Part shown: positions 1 through 17,248 of the stretch, piece by piece
Layout: each line of letters begins with the position of its first letter
Position numbering within the stretch: the first letter of the stretch is position 1
Source: Sphaeroforma arctica JP610
Taxonomy: Eukaryota
Assembly: GCF_001186125.1 (NCBI RefSeq)
Contig: NW_014040217.1
Coordinates: forward strand, 41,967-81,271
Direction: 5' to 3'
Length of the DNA: 39,305 nt
Made by a program: the position numbers and the translations under genes
The notes under the pieces: model-generated
What the model saw: the letters and a program-made list of their open reading frames with translations, nothing else
What the model was told of the DNA's origin: nothing
Databases searched by the model: none

Positions 1-505
1 ATTGGTGTAGACTCGAAGCAGCAATTGAAGCTGTCGTGTCTGGCTGTGTCTCGGTTTGAGGTTGGCGGTTTACCATAACCAGTTGGTAGTAGTATTGGCG
101 CCGGGCCATTGCCGCGATCTCCTTGTTGGACCAACGTTTTGTTGAGTTCTTCCTGATGTCGTCACAGCGTTGGCGGAGGGCTACATGGTCGGGTGTACGC
201 CCGCCCGTGGTTTTGTGTACAGTTTTCAGGTGAGCAAAGATTCTGTACGGGAAGCTCAGTGATGGTTTATCGTGGGCCCAGGCGGGTTGCGTCAGAGGGG
301 TAAGTGGATTTGTGCTGGCCATTGAGTCGAGTTTTATTCCCAGGCAATCTCCGAGGTAGTCCGCGAATTGTCGCAAGGGGAGCAGGCCGCAAAAGTGAAG
401 TAAGTTTGTTTGATGTTTAGGAAACCGAGGGTATTTAGTGCCCGTGATGATTGCTGCTGCTCTGTGCGTGTGTGCGTACACATACTCTATTGCCTTGAGA
501 GGTGC
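1..505 (-). mobile_element. 5'-truncated non-LTR retrotransposon (LINE) ORF2 fragment, post-RT region, running off the window start
   Basis: Stop-free minus frame translated by hand: PLKAIEYVYAHTHRAAAIITGTKYPRFPKHQTNLLHFCGLLPLRQF..., resembling the 'Q/HxRAxRxITGA...L...GLLPL' signature downstream of LINE RT; GC-richer than the flank. Confidence 0.5.
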
Positions 506-2329
506 ATGAATACAAAACGATCCTATTGTATGTTGAATGATACATTATCCTGTCATGTATGTATGTGTTATATATATATATAATCTATAACTATGTTCAT
601 GATGTCATACAAAGGTTTTATTAGTTTCTCATTGGGCACAGTTTTTGACCGTCAAGTCTACGAACAGAGCTAGATTCAATGGGTCGTACATTACAATCGA
701 AACAACACTGCCCTCTACCAGTATGACGAGTAGTGCAACGCGGATGGGATAATCTTTTTAACCGTATAATCTGCCCTACAATTTTACTACAGCTAAATTG
801 CCGACTTGGAGGTGTTCATTGAAGTCTGTGTATGTATCTTTTGATACCGCACCTGAAATAAATAATATTATCCCTATGCAGCCGGTACTAGCGTACCACT
901 CGAATGTATCTTCCACTGTACATTTTTGCCGGCCTCTGTAAACTTGAACATGTATCTTGAATTCCACATCCATATACAAGTTCGGATCCTGCGTGCCCAA
1001 CACACCAAGACATTTGTACATGAATGTGTCCATAAGTAGAAAATTGTAGCGCCTATCAATTGGAGGGAAGTGTAAGATTGCTTGCAACTCCTTAGGTAGT
1101 TCATTTAAGGCATCCAGCATCGCTGGCGTGTAAAATCGCCATCTTCGGGAAGTGGATTCCATATTGACGTGACTGTGTATATTGTGGCAGTGGGACATAA
1201 TGAGCTAATGTCGTGTGTCACAGTGTCTGTAACTCTATATTCCCAACTCCTCTCTGTTCTGTGTCTAAATACTTGTGAAATGGTATCAAGTGATTCAGGC
1301 CTAATTGCAATGAGTCACCAAGAGTCAGTCTGTCACAGTGTCACTTGTAATGAAATATGGATATATAATGATAACTTAATCCTAATAATATATATATATA
1401 TATTTCTTAATATTTCTTAATACGAAATAATATTAAAGAACTATAGCAAAGAACAACCCCTGTACCCACACCCGTCTCTGACATATCAACAGATGTTTCC
1501 TATACCCCGGCTAATCACGCTGTTGAAGTACTACTTCCAAATTTCGGTCCAAACCAATTCATCGCGTCTGTTGGTTCCGCCTATGATACTTCCAATACAG
1601 GCAAACCAGCACATACCAAGTGCATCCGTGGTCTGGTGCGGCATCGGTTCACCCAACCTCGCTCCTCAACCGAATTATGACGGATAACCTGGTCCTACTT
1701 GGCATTTCGTACTCTGCGCTAACTTATTCCACAGCACTACACGATAAAGACCCGATCCGAACCACAGAGGTGGGTACGCTATTTAGTAGGTCAGAAAGCG
1801 AATACTTAGCACACTCGATGGTGTCAGTTGTTTGTCAGCACCGGCCTGAATTGATCCAGCGCAAATCCTCCATTGTCGACTCACTTGGTCCAAGCTTCAA
1901 CAGGGAATTTACTGACCACTTCTTCCCATCGATCTTCCCATCGATCTTCCCCGAACCACTACAACGGCTATGAGAGCCGTGCCATATGTACAAACATTGT
2001 AACTTAACTCCTTTGAAATAAATAGTATTATACATATGTTCATACATTGTATCATACATACTTGCCATTTTTGAAATAAATAATATTATCCCTATAGCAA
2101 AATTAATAAGTTAAGTTGCTGATCAATGAATAATTCCTTATTCTTAATTATGTAATATGTGAAATAAAATCGGGAATATCTTAATCCTAATGCTAATTAT
2201 CAATTATGAAGAATAAATATTTTTTGACATAGATTCATAATTAAAAAATATGATGAAGGACTCTTTCTAAATCTGTGAAGAAAACGTACAATACGTATCT
2301 TAATGATGTGTTGTATGGCCTGCTGTAGT

Positions 2330-2424
2330 CAGCAGAATTCAGCACTCAGCTGTGCAGCACTCAGCACCCACAGCAGTTCAGCACTCACAGCAGTTCAGCA
2401 CTCAGCAGTTCAGCACTCAGCAGT
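2330..2424. repeat. Minisatellite of ~15-17 bp units (cagcagttcagcact)
   Basis: About six imperfect tandem copies visible directly. Confidence 0.85.
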
Positions 2425-3111
2425 AGTTACTCTTTCGCTACTCTCTAGAGTAGTACTCTGTACATTTATTTTTGTATAGACTAGAGACTAAAGAGATCCT
2501 AAACCCCTATTATAAAAGGCCTAAAGCCCCTGTTTGTTTAAGACATAAAAAGGGGCTATGTAAGTCCCTAAACCCGGCTCAATTACATGTTTTGTATTTT
2601 GTTTTGAAAAATATAAATATAAATATATAAAAAGGCACTCTGGAGTCTGGTGGGCAAACTGGACATGCTGGGCCACTTGTCGCTCTTGGGCTCATTCAGC
2701 AATTAGGGCTTCTCGCATCATCATGACAATTTTTTTTAATCAAATGATAATAAAAAACATCAAAAGTAACAACCTTTTTATGAAGAAAAAAACAACAGAT
2801 GTATTTACTTGTTGTGAAGACAATCCCTGAAAATCCTGGACCCGCGGGCCGCATTTGGGAAAGTATTCCTCCAAATTCGGCAATTTGATATAGCTTTTGT
2901 TCTTTTCTCCAATACAATGAGGCACTACAATAAAATAAATATGTATGAACAGTGTATGGAAATAAAAGCATAAAGAGCATAAGGAAGTTGGCCTTTCCAA
3001 CATTCAAAACAGAAGACCAAAAGTGATACATCGCAACACCACAGTCCACACTCTCTTCTTGTATAAAACAAGATATTTCGCCGCAAGAATTACCATATTA
3101 TATTCACAAAG

Positions 3112-5058
3112 ATGTCTAATCAGAAGTCAGAATACCAAGGGAAGGCAGAAAACAATACTGTCTCCACTGAAGACCTCATCCTCGATGATGATGAGCACGA
3201 CTACGATTCCGATACCCAGGGGAAGGGAACTGTCTTCTCCGGTTTCCTCAATCTGAGTAACACTATTATTGGATCAGGAATCTTAGGTCTGCCTTCAGCG
3301 TTCATGGGTTTGGGATACGTTATGGGTACCGTGTTCGTAGTACTCTGTGGCTTGATGTCCGCCTTCACTCTTCACTTGCTGTCCAAGTGTTCGCACAAAA
3401 TTGGCGGCCGCCACCACAGTTACGGTTCCGTAGCTCACGCCTCTGTTCCATGGTTGTCGTGGTTTGTCGACTTGGTGGTAATCTTTAACTGCTTTGGGGC
3501 GGGTGTGTCGTATCTAATAATCTTCGGAGATAACATGCCTGATTTCATGGAGTACGTTGCTAAAATCAATGACCCCGACAGCATCTGGCTCAACAGGCAC
3601 TTGTGGATAAGCGTAGCTTTCGTAGTATTCGGTATCCCCCTCACTGTCGCACCCAGATTGGACTTCCTGAAGTACACATCTTTCCTCGCACTTGTAAGTG
3701 TGACCTATTGTATGATTCTGGTAATCTTGTTCTGGGCTGAGCCGAGCGCTGAGTGGAACCCATGCGCCGACTACACGGATGAAAGTAGCTGCCGAGGACC
3801 CTCCGAAGCCTTCAACTCAAATTTCCTCGACATTTTCAAGGCACTGCCCGTCTACGTCTTTGCATTCTGCTGTAAGTAACTGATATGTGTGTTCGTTCGT
3901 GATATAGAAATGTTCACAAAAGAGAACGAGACGTGATCCTTGTCTCCAAATCCGTGTGTAATATGCGCTTGGGATGTTTAATGTGCTTTTGTGCATGGCC
4001 CCAAAATTCTAAATTGGGTGCTTTGATAGTCTGTCACGGTTCCGGTATTATGCAACATTATTAACAGGATGTTTTGGAAGGACATAAGCTGTCCTCGCTT
4101 CTCAAGAAAATTCTACGTATATGCCCAGACGTGCCAAGTCCGACTGCTAAGAGGCCACTTAATTCGTGTTTGTGTGCGTGTGAGATCTTAACCACCAATC
4201 GAATTCAGCACTAACTTCGCAAAGCCAAGCACGCTGTATTTCCGTAAACTAATCAGTAATCAAATCTACATTTCTGAATCGGCCCCTTGCCCTGAAATAG
4301 GCCACTACAACATTTTTGGAATTTACAACGAGATGCGAGTCCAGACGGTGAGGTCGATGGACTTTGTGGTCAGCTGCGCTCTGTGCTTTGTAGGAAGCAT
4401 GTACATTGTTTTCGGACTAGGAGGTTACCTGACTTATGGAACCGAGACCAAGTCTAACATCCTACTCAATTTCCCTTTGAACACCGTGAGTTCAATTGCT
4501 CGATTCGCCATCTCCTTCGTTGTGGCGGTATCATATCCCCTTATGACCCACCCTGTTCGTTCCGCCATGTTGCATCTGTATGATATCATCATCTCGAGAT
4601 TCGGATCCGAGGAGAAGAGTGAAAAGGCTGGAAAGATTGCGTACTGGGTGTGCACAGTGATTGTGCTGGCCGTTACCTACGTAATTGCCATGTTGGTCAC
4701 TGATCTTGGGTAAGTGTCGATGACTTTTATACATACTTGATTTGGCGTAACTGAATGTGTTATATTGTGAGTGTACCTCGCGTTGCTCTGACTCTGATTA
4801 ATGTTGCTCGTGTGAAAACAATATCACCCAATACTCCATTCTTCATTCCACTACTACTACAGATTTGTCTTCGGTGTAATTGGAGCCACAGCTTCAAGTA
4901 TGATTGCGTTCGTGCTACCGGGCGTTTTCTACGTGATGCAGTACAAAGGCGAGACAAAGGACTCGGCCTGGGAGAAGGTTCTCTTCTACGGTGCCTGGTT
5001 CTTCATTGCCTTTGGTATTGTCTTCTCTGTTATAGCCACGTACGTCATGTTCGTCTAA
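3112..5058 (+). CDS. Amino acid transporter, AAAP/Aa_trans family (AVT/SLC38-like); exons 3112-3871, 4301-4709, 4863-5058
   Basis: Motifs FLNLSNTIIGSGILGLP, AFC|CHYN (across intron 1), GGYLTYG, SYPL, GATAS...FVLPG; many hydrophobic segments; GTAAGT donors and AG acceptors keep phase; TAA at 5056-5058. Confidence 0.92.
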
Positions 5059-5548
5059 ATGGGCTACGATAGATATATATAGCAACCTGTCATTCTGTGA
5101 CCATGGATTCAGCAAATTAGAATGTAATAAAATATTATGCGGGGTGGCCCCTCAAGTCTTGTATTTGGTTTGATTTGGTACACTGCATCTTTGTTTGATT
5201 TTGTTCTGCGTATACTGTATGTGGTGCGAATCGCGAGCGCTAGGGTAAAATTTCTAATCGAATCGATTGTGGTCGTGAACAAATTCAAGGTGCTCATTAC
5301 CATAGCGCACTTCAGATGTGCACCGAATCACACTAACAATAATGTAGCTAAGACCATCTCAGTCTGAAGGGCGCTATAGACTTAAGCATCTCTTGATACG
5401 CTCCCATTATGTAGTATTTTAAACATGACGCTTGGAAGGTGTATGTTAGTAACAACGAAGATATCTCAAAATTAAGCCGTATATAGTCCACCTCAACTAA
5501 TGCTTGATGTTGATACCGGGTTAACAATCAGCAATCAGTGAAAATATA

Positions 5549-8500
5549 TTATATTACATAACCTTGACGCTCGATCGTTTCTACTTTTTCAATCACTACA
5601 TTCAAGGCGTTTATATAAGCGAAAACTAGTTTGTCATCCAGGAAATATCCCGCACTGAACATGCACCTAATGCCGGTGAAAGTCTCAGTCGCACCCAGGA
5701 TGCCACGGGGATCCAGGACCACACCGCCATCTGGTCCATTTTGGATTACCAAAACTAAATTTTGGTATTAATGTGCAGTATAGGTAACACAAATTTTTAC
5801 CCCTAAACATGCACCCAACTTCCACCCAGACTATGGCCCAGCGCACACACTGGGTATACCCCAAACCACACCCCCGCATACAACGGAAGCTTGGTATCAG
5901 ATCCACCAATCATCATGTGTGCCTCATTCTGTTGTTCATTATCTTCAAAAAGTGTGTTGTGTGATGCGCTTGGCGATTCAGGTTCCTTCACACTGCCTTC
6001 TATTTGCATTGAGTTGGAGTGTGATTGTGCGTGTGCATGACTGGATGTCTCGGGCGCTGTTGGTGGTTGCACACATAGCCCCAGTATTGTGTAGCGGCAT
6101 TCCGAGGTTTCTCCCAGGTAGAGCTGGAGGGGTGGTGTAGGATTGCAAACTGCGAAGACGGGTGTATATGGACATGATCACGAAGAGTTAACTAAAATGC
6201 GCATGTGATCGGCGATCGGCCACCAAACCATATAGTGGACTTTTGTAAAGGATGCAGGGTTGAGGCAATGGTGGTGTTATATGTCCAGCTATGCATCGGA
6301 TGTTGGTGAGTAATGGCAGCTACATATACAGAAGAGGATGAATACTTCAGAGGCAACGCGAAGGCGGCAACCGCAACGATAAACTCGGAATAGGTGACAT
6401 GGATTATACACCCCGTACAACATAGCTCGAAGGCCCATATCATTTACACCAAAAACAAAATCATGCATACACAAGTTACGACGGTAGAAGTGGCATACAT
6501 ACCTTGCGATGTACATGCCCACACCCGGTAGCGCATAGGTTTGGCAGCTACACAGGTACAAGTCCTCCCGCAGGTGAAAATTTTGCCCCATTGCAACGTG
6601 CAGGTCAGCTGTAGCAGTACTCTATTCTCCGCTGTATCCATTTCTTCAACGACCGGCTGTGTTTTGTCACATAGGTCTGTGGCTTGTGGGTCTGATGCTC
6701 GGTTTCGAGGGCTGGAAATTGGTGTGCTGAGAGTTTGATAGATCACACGGTCATATAATACATCGTGAACCTCTATGGGGCTGTTCGAACTGCTGAGAAT
6801 ATGTGTGCACTGCGTCGCCTCGTCTACCGTATGTTTTGTAGGTTCATGGACATCAGTCTTACGCTGAACAGAAACTTCACCTACTACCACGCACCAATCG
6901 CTACGCCCAACACTCTCAGAAGCAACTATCAACACATCTATGCCCACGCGAATTGTGCCAATGGGTTCACCACTTTGGGTCTGGTGTCCCTCAGGTCCTA
7001 AACTCACCGCTTGCCATTCCATCAAAATTTGCTGCCAATCTCCCACACCCAAGGAAGATTTCTTTATATGCTCTGTACACGGTTGTGCAAACTCGGTATT
7101 TGAAGCCTCGTACCGTGCCGATATATTCTCTGACTCATCTACGCACCCTCTATTCACCCCTACACTTATATCTAGAATCGGTGTTCCGGTATCACTACCA
7201 TTTTTTGTGGTTTTGTACAGACTATCAGTAATCCCGGATGCGTTTCTCACTGCGTATATGATCGATACAACGTATCGCTCATTTATGTCTAACTCGCAAT
7301 CCAGCACACGCACATTGTACGATTTGGAAGCGGACACATCGCTTGGGATTCTGATAGCCCCTTTGAAAGGTCCATTGGGAACGCCCGATGATTCTTCATC
7401 AGTACTACCTGCTATTGACAATAGGGGTTCATCTTCGTTGCCTTGATCTACAAAATAGCCTTCATCAAGCGAAAGTTCCTCTGAAGCCATATAGTCCCCA
7501 ATGTCCAAGCGTATGTCATCAGCTGTTCCTTCGGTAGGTATTGTCTTATTCATAATCTCCAACACACACGGACCCTCATACGCACCTCCCATCGCGTGGA
7601 TGTGATTCTTGTCCGGATGTATTCTTTCACAACTGCTTTTGCACGTGGGCTCATCAGTGACTCCCCTCGTGCAACACCCACTCGTCCCTGAACAGTACAC
7701 CGCTGCCGCGCCACCAACCGCCGCCGAAGGATCACACTGAGCCACTCGGACTCTCAACCCCGAGCGAGCACTAACAGCTTCCCAACCACTTCGAACACCA
7801 ACGCACTGACTTTGCTGCCCGATATCCGCCCACACACGTGCACTTCCACAGCGTTTTGCGCATTCACACCTCAGCCCACGATCTGTGCTTCTCGTGTGTA
7901 AATCTTCCGAAACGACCGCACTCTGTGTATCACCAGTCGCCTTGGTCGCATAGCTACTAGATGTATATATGCGTGTATCTCGCGCGTCTTTCCCCGCCAG
8001 CCAATATCCCCGTCCTGTACCCATGTTGAAGTTCGTACGGAACGGCAGTTGAGAGGTTCTCAGAGGCCGGAACTGCAAATACGGCAGAAGATCGGTCCAG
8101 AACCGAGACTATTCGAATATGAAAACGAAGTGATTCAGAATCGATCAGAACATTTAAATGACTGGTAGACATTAATTCGGTACAGTCCTGAATCGCTCTG
8201 GAAAGCAATGGCCATTGAGCAGGCGATGAATGCCAAAATATAAAAATTTATTTATGAATAATATACGATATACCAAGTACTTGAGTATCTGCGAGTAGAA
8301 CTGTTAAATAGTGAGGGCAATGCCTCTAAACCATTCCGGAGATCTGACAAAACACCATTTCCTTATGATGCCAATATATCGGAACTCCACCTCCAAACTA
8401 CACGCTCGTTGACAACACTTAAATCATGAATGCATACCTGATTGTCATCATATCCTCCGTTTGGTAGATTTTCATGCACCCACCCTGGTGCAAATAGCGC

Positions 8501-8739
8501 GGTTGAGAGACCGTGCGTGGCTATCTTCTCTAAAGCCAACTTTGAATTGAAGCCACCGCCACCAAAACAACTGAATAAGATAGAGGAGAATCACCCGGAA
8601 ATTGAGTGAGCGTTGGAAGTCATCATTTGTACCTCCATTACCGAGAAAAGAATGAATTGTGAATGTCTATCTATGGATTTTCAGGCCACTGATATATATA
8701 TATATATATATGTGTGCGTGTGTGTGTGTGCGCGCGCGC

Positions 8740-8799
<60 letters not shown>

Positions 8800-11069
8800 C
8801 ACTGAATTTTGTCAGTATATAGACTAACTCGTGAACATTCCAACCGTGAGTCGAGACCTACCAAAGGTAAAGCATATGGTACACTTACCGTGTAACTCGA
8901 CAAACAGGGTTTAGCAGTGTTGATGTTGAATGTAGGACATAAGCGACCGTCATATAACTGCCTACGGCATACCACTGCCTCGCCACTAGGACGTGATACA
9001 TATATACCCTGAATGTAATGAAGCTTCCAAATATACAAGACCGCTACATGTTCGTCCGGGTACACCTACCCCCTCCCGTACACGTCGATACCCGTGTACA
9101 CATCGGATGAGCGTCCGTCGTGTGTGATAGTTTCCTTTCCTCTTGGGACGGGTGCGTAAGCTTCAGCTATTGTGCGCGATGCAGCTAGCCCCTCGTCCGT
9201 CCAGGCGTAGTTGAGAAATATACCTGCCATGCAAGGAATGAGAACAGATGCTAAATATGAAAGCTAAAATTCGCTTCTGACAAGCTCCAGCATATACAAA
9301 GAATTGGAGACAGCGTTGATAGCCTATATAGCCTACAAAACGCTTAGTAGATATGTTATGAGGTTCGCCTTTGCGAACGCAGACATCCGCGAGTTATGTG
9401 TATATATGTACGTATGTAGAGATACGATTGTCGAAAGGTGACTGGAGTACAGTGCATATACACACCATCGCTCTCACGCATAAAGATGTCATTTAGATAG
9501 TTCAGCTCGTTCTGCCACTTCAACCGTCCGAAGATCGTCACTGAGTCGTACCATATGACCTGTATAGGTACAATGTGTCAGATTAGTTATAAAGCTAGAA
9601 GTATGGACTAGGGCTCCCACGTCTCAGCTTCGTAGCTCATAACTGGTGCCGAAACCATACTTCCAAAATTAAACTTTGGCCTACGAGTGCTTGATCGTGC
9701 CGTATGCAAGCACGGTTCATGACAACTACGACAAGGTATATATCCAACAGGCACTTCGTGTTTCCAGCTGATAATATACGACCAACACAATGCACAATAC
9801 CACGAACCTGACCACCATCAACGAGCTTATGTGTCACCTCTGTCAACACCTTGACAAAATATAGAAGATTGTCAATGAACTCTTCCTCAAGGGGGTTCTC
9901 TATATTTATGAGCCAGCCGTCGAAGCCGTACTTCACACAGGCCGTGGCCAAGGCGACCGCGAGATCTTTAGCTCCCTCTCGCGTGCATAAGACGCTAGCG
10001 CATATTTCCCAGCCCTTCTCCCACTCTGTGATGAATGTGCCCAGACACGCCACCCCATTAGTACGGCACTGGGCTATAAGAGATGGCGGTGGGATCGTGA
10101 CGAGATGGTGGGAGAAGTATATGTACATGTCGATGTATTGCCAGTGGTATATGTTGTAGGGAGTTTGTTCGTCACTCCCCTGGAAGTACCGCTCCGTCGC
10201 ACAGTAACCTCCTCGATAGTCGTGACACACTATTGTGCGAGGCACGCGCGGTGGTGTATTTGTCGTCTCTGATAGACCGTAGCTGGTAAACCCCTCCGCA
10301 GTTGTGTTCGATTTGGTTGTGGACGAAACTGGTACACCCAATTCATTGCGCACTAATCTGCTTGTCAATTCAAGTTCCGATGTCGAGATCGATATTACAT
10401 CTTCCGTATTCAGTTCGTTAATCCAGTGTTTGGCCTGCGATTGCAGAAGTGAGATTGATGCTACAACCTATGAGTTTCCCGCATGACCAGCCAGAATACC
10501 TACCAATTCCATTGATGAAATCAAGTTCATACATATATTTATAATACACAGCCAGCCAGCAGCTCAGAAAAATCGCCATACCGGGATCTACACCCCTCAC
10601 ATGCACAGTGTGGCAGTAGTATCGCCCCCAAAATTTTGAAACCTCAATCCAACACATCACACCTTGTCGAGCAGTTCGTCAATACTTCCGATAGGCAGGC
10701 GCTCTGGGGCCTTCTCGGCGATTGCATGGGAGTTCTGTGGCGCTATCTGCAGGAGCACAGAGCGAGCTTAAATATAACGATTGCCTTGTGCATGTGAGAC
10801 CGAGAGCTATAGAACTCTTATCTGCGAACAAAGCTGGAGCTCAATTTGCGCGCGTTCAGTGCCCGGTAGAGTGTATCTTCGTTGTTACACCGGCAATGTG
10901 CAAGATAATGATAAATGGTGATAGTGCGTTTTAACACGCAATAGGATCAACCACTGTGGCTGTATTCTTACGATCTTGTAACATCCAGACTTGCACTTAC
11001 TGACGTACTATACACAAGACACCAGACCATGCGCAAAGGCTTACAGACATACCCTGTAAGGTCCGTCAT
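5549..11069 (-). CDS. ENGASE: Cytosolic endo-beta-N-acetylglucosaminidase (GH85), multi-exon; both termini approximate
   Basis: Exon peptides in order: PIGSIDELLDK, CHDYRGGY, YFSHHLVTIPP, GTFITEW, FDGWLINIEN (catalytic NxE), VIWYDSVT..G.LKWQNELN, GIFLNYAW, DVYTGIDVYGRG|CFGGGGF, ALFAPGWVHE, LPFRTNFNMGTG. Phase-compatible GT-AG introns checked at 9807-9560 and ~9069-8571. Start (11069 or 11030) and exons below ~6500 uncertain. Confidence 0.88.
8692..8796. repeat. Compound (AT)n-(GT)n-(GC)n-(GT)n-(AT)n microsatellite in an ENGase intron
   Basis: Read directly from sequence. Confidence 0.95.
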
Positions 11070-14012
11070 TGTCTATGAGCCAATGATTGTGCATAAGAGG
11101 TCGGACTAAAGGCTTCTCAGAGATCTCTGCTTTCCGCGACTGAGATCTCAGAGAACCCACGAGAGATCGTAAAGTTTCCCGGTGTAACTGAATTGCAAAG
11201 GAATGAATAAACTTTCAGGCTGCGGATATCTGAACGTAGTCGAGACCTTTTGACGAAGAAAAAATGTACGCATCTGCCTTCCTGAGTATGGATTTATACA
11301 CGAGCCTGCCGTACACTTCTCTAGCTAGTATCAACTACTAGCTTATGCCATTGACTCACCCACACCCTCGTTCCTTCAACAATCAGATCAAAGGTTGTAT
11401 TTAACCTGTATTAGCGGGGTAAATACCGCCAGGCACTGGTTGCCGAATGCCAAGTTGTATGACTATTACAAACCTCCCGTTGCACTACGTATAATGGCGC
11501 ACACCTATATATTCTAGAGAAGTATATAGTCTTTTGCTAACTTCATGGCGTGGCAGGTTCCAACGATACTTTTTTATAAAAGCAAACATACAATAGCCTT
11601 CTAAATGAACATATAGAAGCCTATGAACATATACTCACAATTAAAAACAATATCAAATGTTCAAATCTGTCATATCAACTGACTTTTTATTGCGCAGGTT
11701 TATATCACCAAGGGTGTAGTGCACCTACCTCGGCTAGCCTACTATATACTATTTCAGACTGAACTATATGATCACTGCGATCGTATACTGTGAATCTATT
11801 CCAATACAGACCATGAAAACCTGATTGAAGCAGAAGCAGACAAGTGATTGTGTCAAACAGTACCACTGTCCATCAACATTAGGTATAGTAGTTGCTACGA
11901 GAATCACAGGCACGAACCGACGAGCGAAAGCTATCAAACGAGACTAATGTGAGCACAGAATGTGCATTTGTTATATTAGGTTGTGAGGATTAACCTCCCA
12001 GCATACAAAACTTCCAGGTCGTGGTATTTGCAAAGGGTCGCTGATCTCCGCAACTGTGGGTCATTGTCGATGAGGATCAGTTGAACAAAGTTCTAACACC
12101 TGTGTGACAACCTACCAATCAAAGTAGAATTCTGGCGTGAACCGGACTCCATAGCTTTATATGCCCCTGCCAATATCAACGGATCGCGACATGACACGAT
12201 AGATACGTTAGACACTGAACTACATCATCCACAGATGCGAACTTCGCGTTTAGCTTGTGGTATGATATTCCAATCTACATGTTGTAGTAGTTTGTAGTGG
12301 CCCTTTCAATTATTAACTAGTTGTGTTGAAATACGCTTGTGCTGTGAAATCAATCAAAACAAGATGGAGACTTCCTTATGTACCTGAATCACCGTCAACC
12401 CATCACACGATATAGTTACAATGAAGAGTATCCCTTCTCGCTTCTGGCTGTAATGAATCTGCAGTATGCTTCTAAATAGAGAAATCTAACACGCAACGCT
12501 AAATCTATGAGCTAAGAAGGTACGTGTTCAGACGAATCGCTCAGGGAGATTCCCAACGATAATTACATACAACTGTCAAACTATTCCTCTAAGACTACTA
12601 CAGCAGGGTATAGATATAGACAAAATACTTCGCCAGACTTTCAATACATCCTTTTGAGGAAGTATATAACGAGCATGCGCATCTATCGCCCAATCCCGTT
12701 TTAGGTAACTGATCATTCGATCCCTAATGCAAGCTTTGCTCATATGTACGGAGTGCACTGTGACGTTAACGAATGTTCCGCATCAGCAGACGATCGAGAA
12801 GAACGCGAAATTTGATCCTGTCTGAAATCATTAACACTCCCGAGATCACACAACAAGTAGTGGTTGACCTAGACTTGCAATCCAAAAGTCATTGCACGCT
12901 CAGTATTTCTACGGACACTTTCAACGCATGTGAGGTCAGAAAGAATCGTTAAATATTTCCCAATCATAAAGCGAGTACATTGCGCAACTCGATACCTTGG
13001 AAGCCAGATCATATACCCGAGTGATTCGCCACTTCTCAAAGATCAGCGGCAGGATCAAGCATTTTACAATGAACATCGCTGCAATCCAAGCCACCGCTGC
13101 AATCTTAGCCACCAATACTGATGTCAAACTGACACATGACCTCTTGTTTCAGCTGTGTATATATTTATTGTAAAAAATACTTCAATGAATTTCCGTGCAA
13201 AATATTAAAAATGCCACGTCTATTTTAGAAGAAGAAAGACTATGGAAATGCGTAATAATTTTTTTTAAAAAGAAAAAGGGTATGAATATTATTGAAGTGG
13301 CCGCATATACACTTTGCCACTACTTCTGGTGGTTTTTCAAAGGTGCTAAAACGTCTCTTATTGTTATCGCATGTGGTTAAGCTCCTCACTTACTAAAAAA
13401 TAATATATATGTATATATATATATATACATTAGCTGAATGGCATGTAACGAGCATCTCTGACGCCGGGATCACGCAATACCAATGTTCCTCGTGGTATGC
13501 TTGTATCTATTCTAGCATGCACGTACAATACACTAGATTAATATGTGAACATACAACTATTTATAACTCGAGTATGCATGCACCATTTAGTATAATTTAT
13601 TAACTAACTGCCGTTAGCTTTCTGAATTTGTGCAACATAACTTTTCTATATTCGGTTAAAAATGTATGTTTGAATATGCCTTTACACTTTCTATATACGC
13701 TACAATGTGTATACGAATAGTCACATCCAATTCGTCAAAATAAAACTCTTTTTACGAGCGAGACGTAATTGATTGCTAATTCTTTATTGACTTATTACCA
13801 TACATTTGACTGATATTGTGAACACAAACCACTTGTCAAGAATAGCTAGAAAATGGAGCCTTCGTAACTCAGATACAATTGCGCAATATATCGTACATGG
13901 ATCGTTGTATATTTTTTTCCGAGCAGTTGGCGATTCACCACATGAATATAGAGAACACAGGCCCGAAGTTTTGCCCGCAGTCTTCGTATGTTTCTAAATA
14001 TTAGTTTCAAAA

Positions 14013-17248
<3,236 letters not shown>

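Noticed and set aside
1493..1687. Tc1/mariner transposase fragment (SVVWCGIG)
   Set aside because: Single short motif, no DDE context or TIRs.
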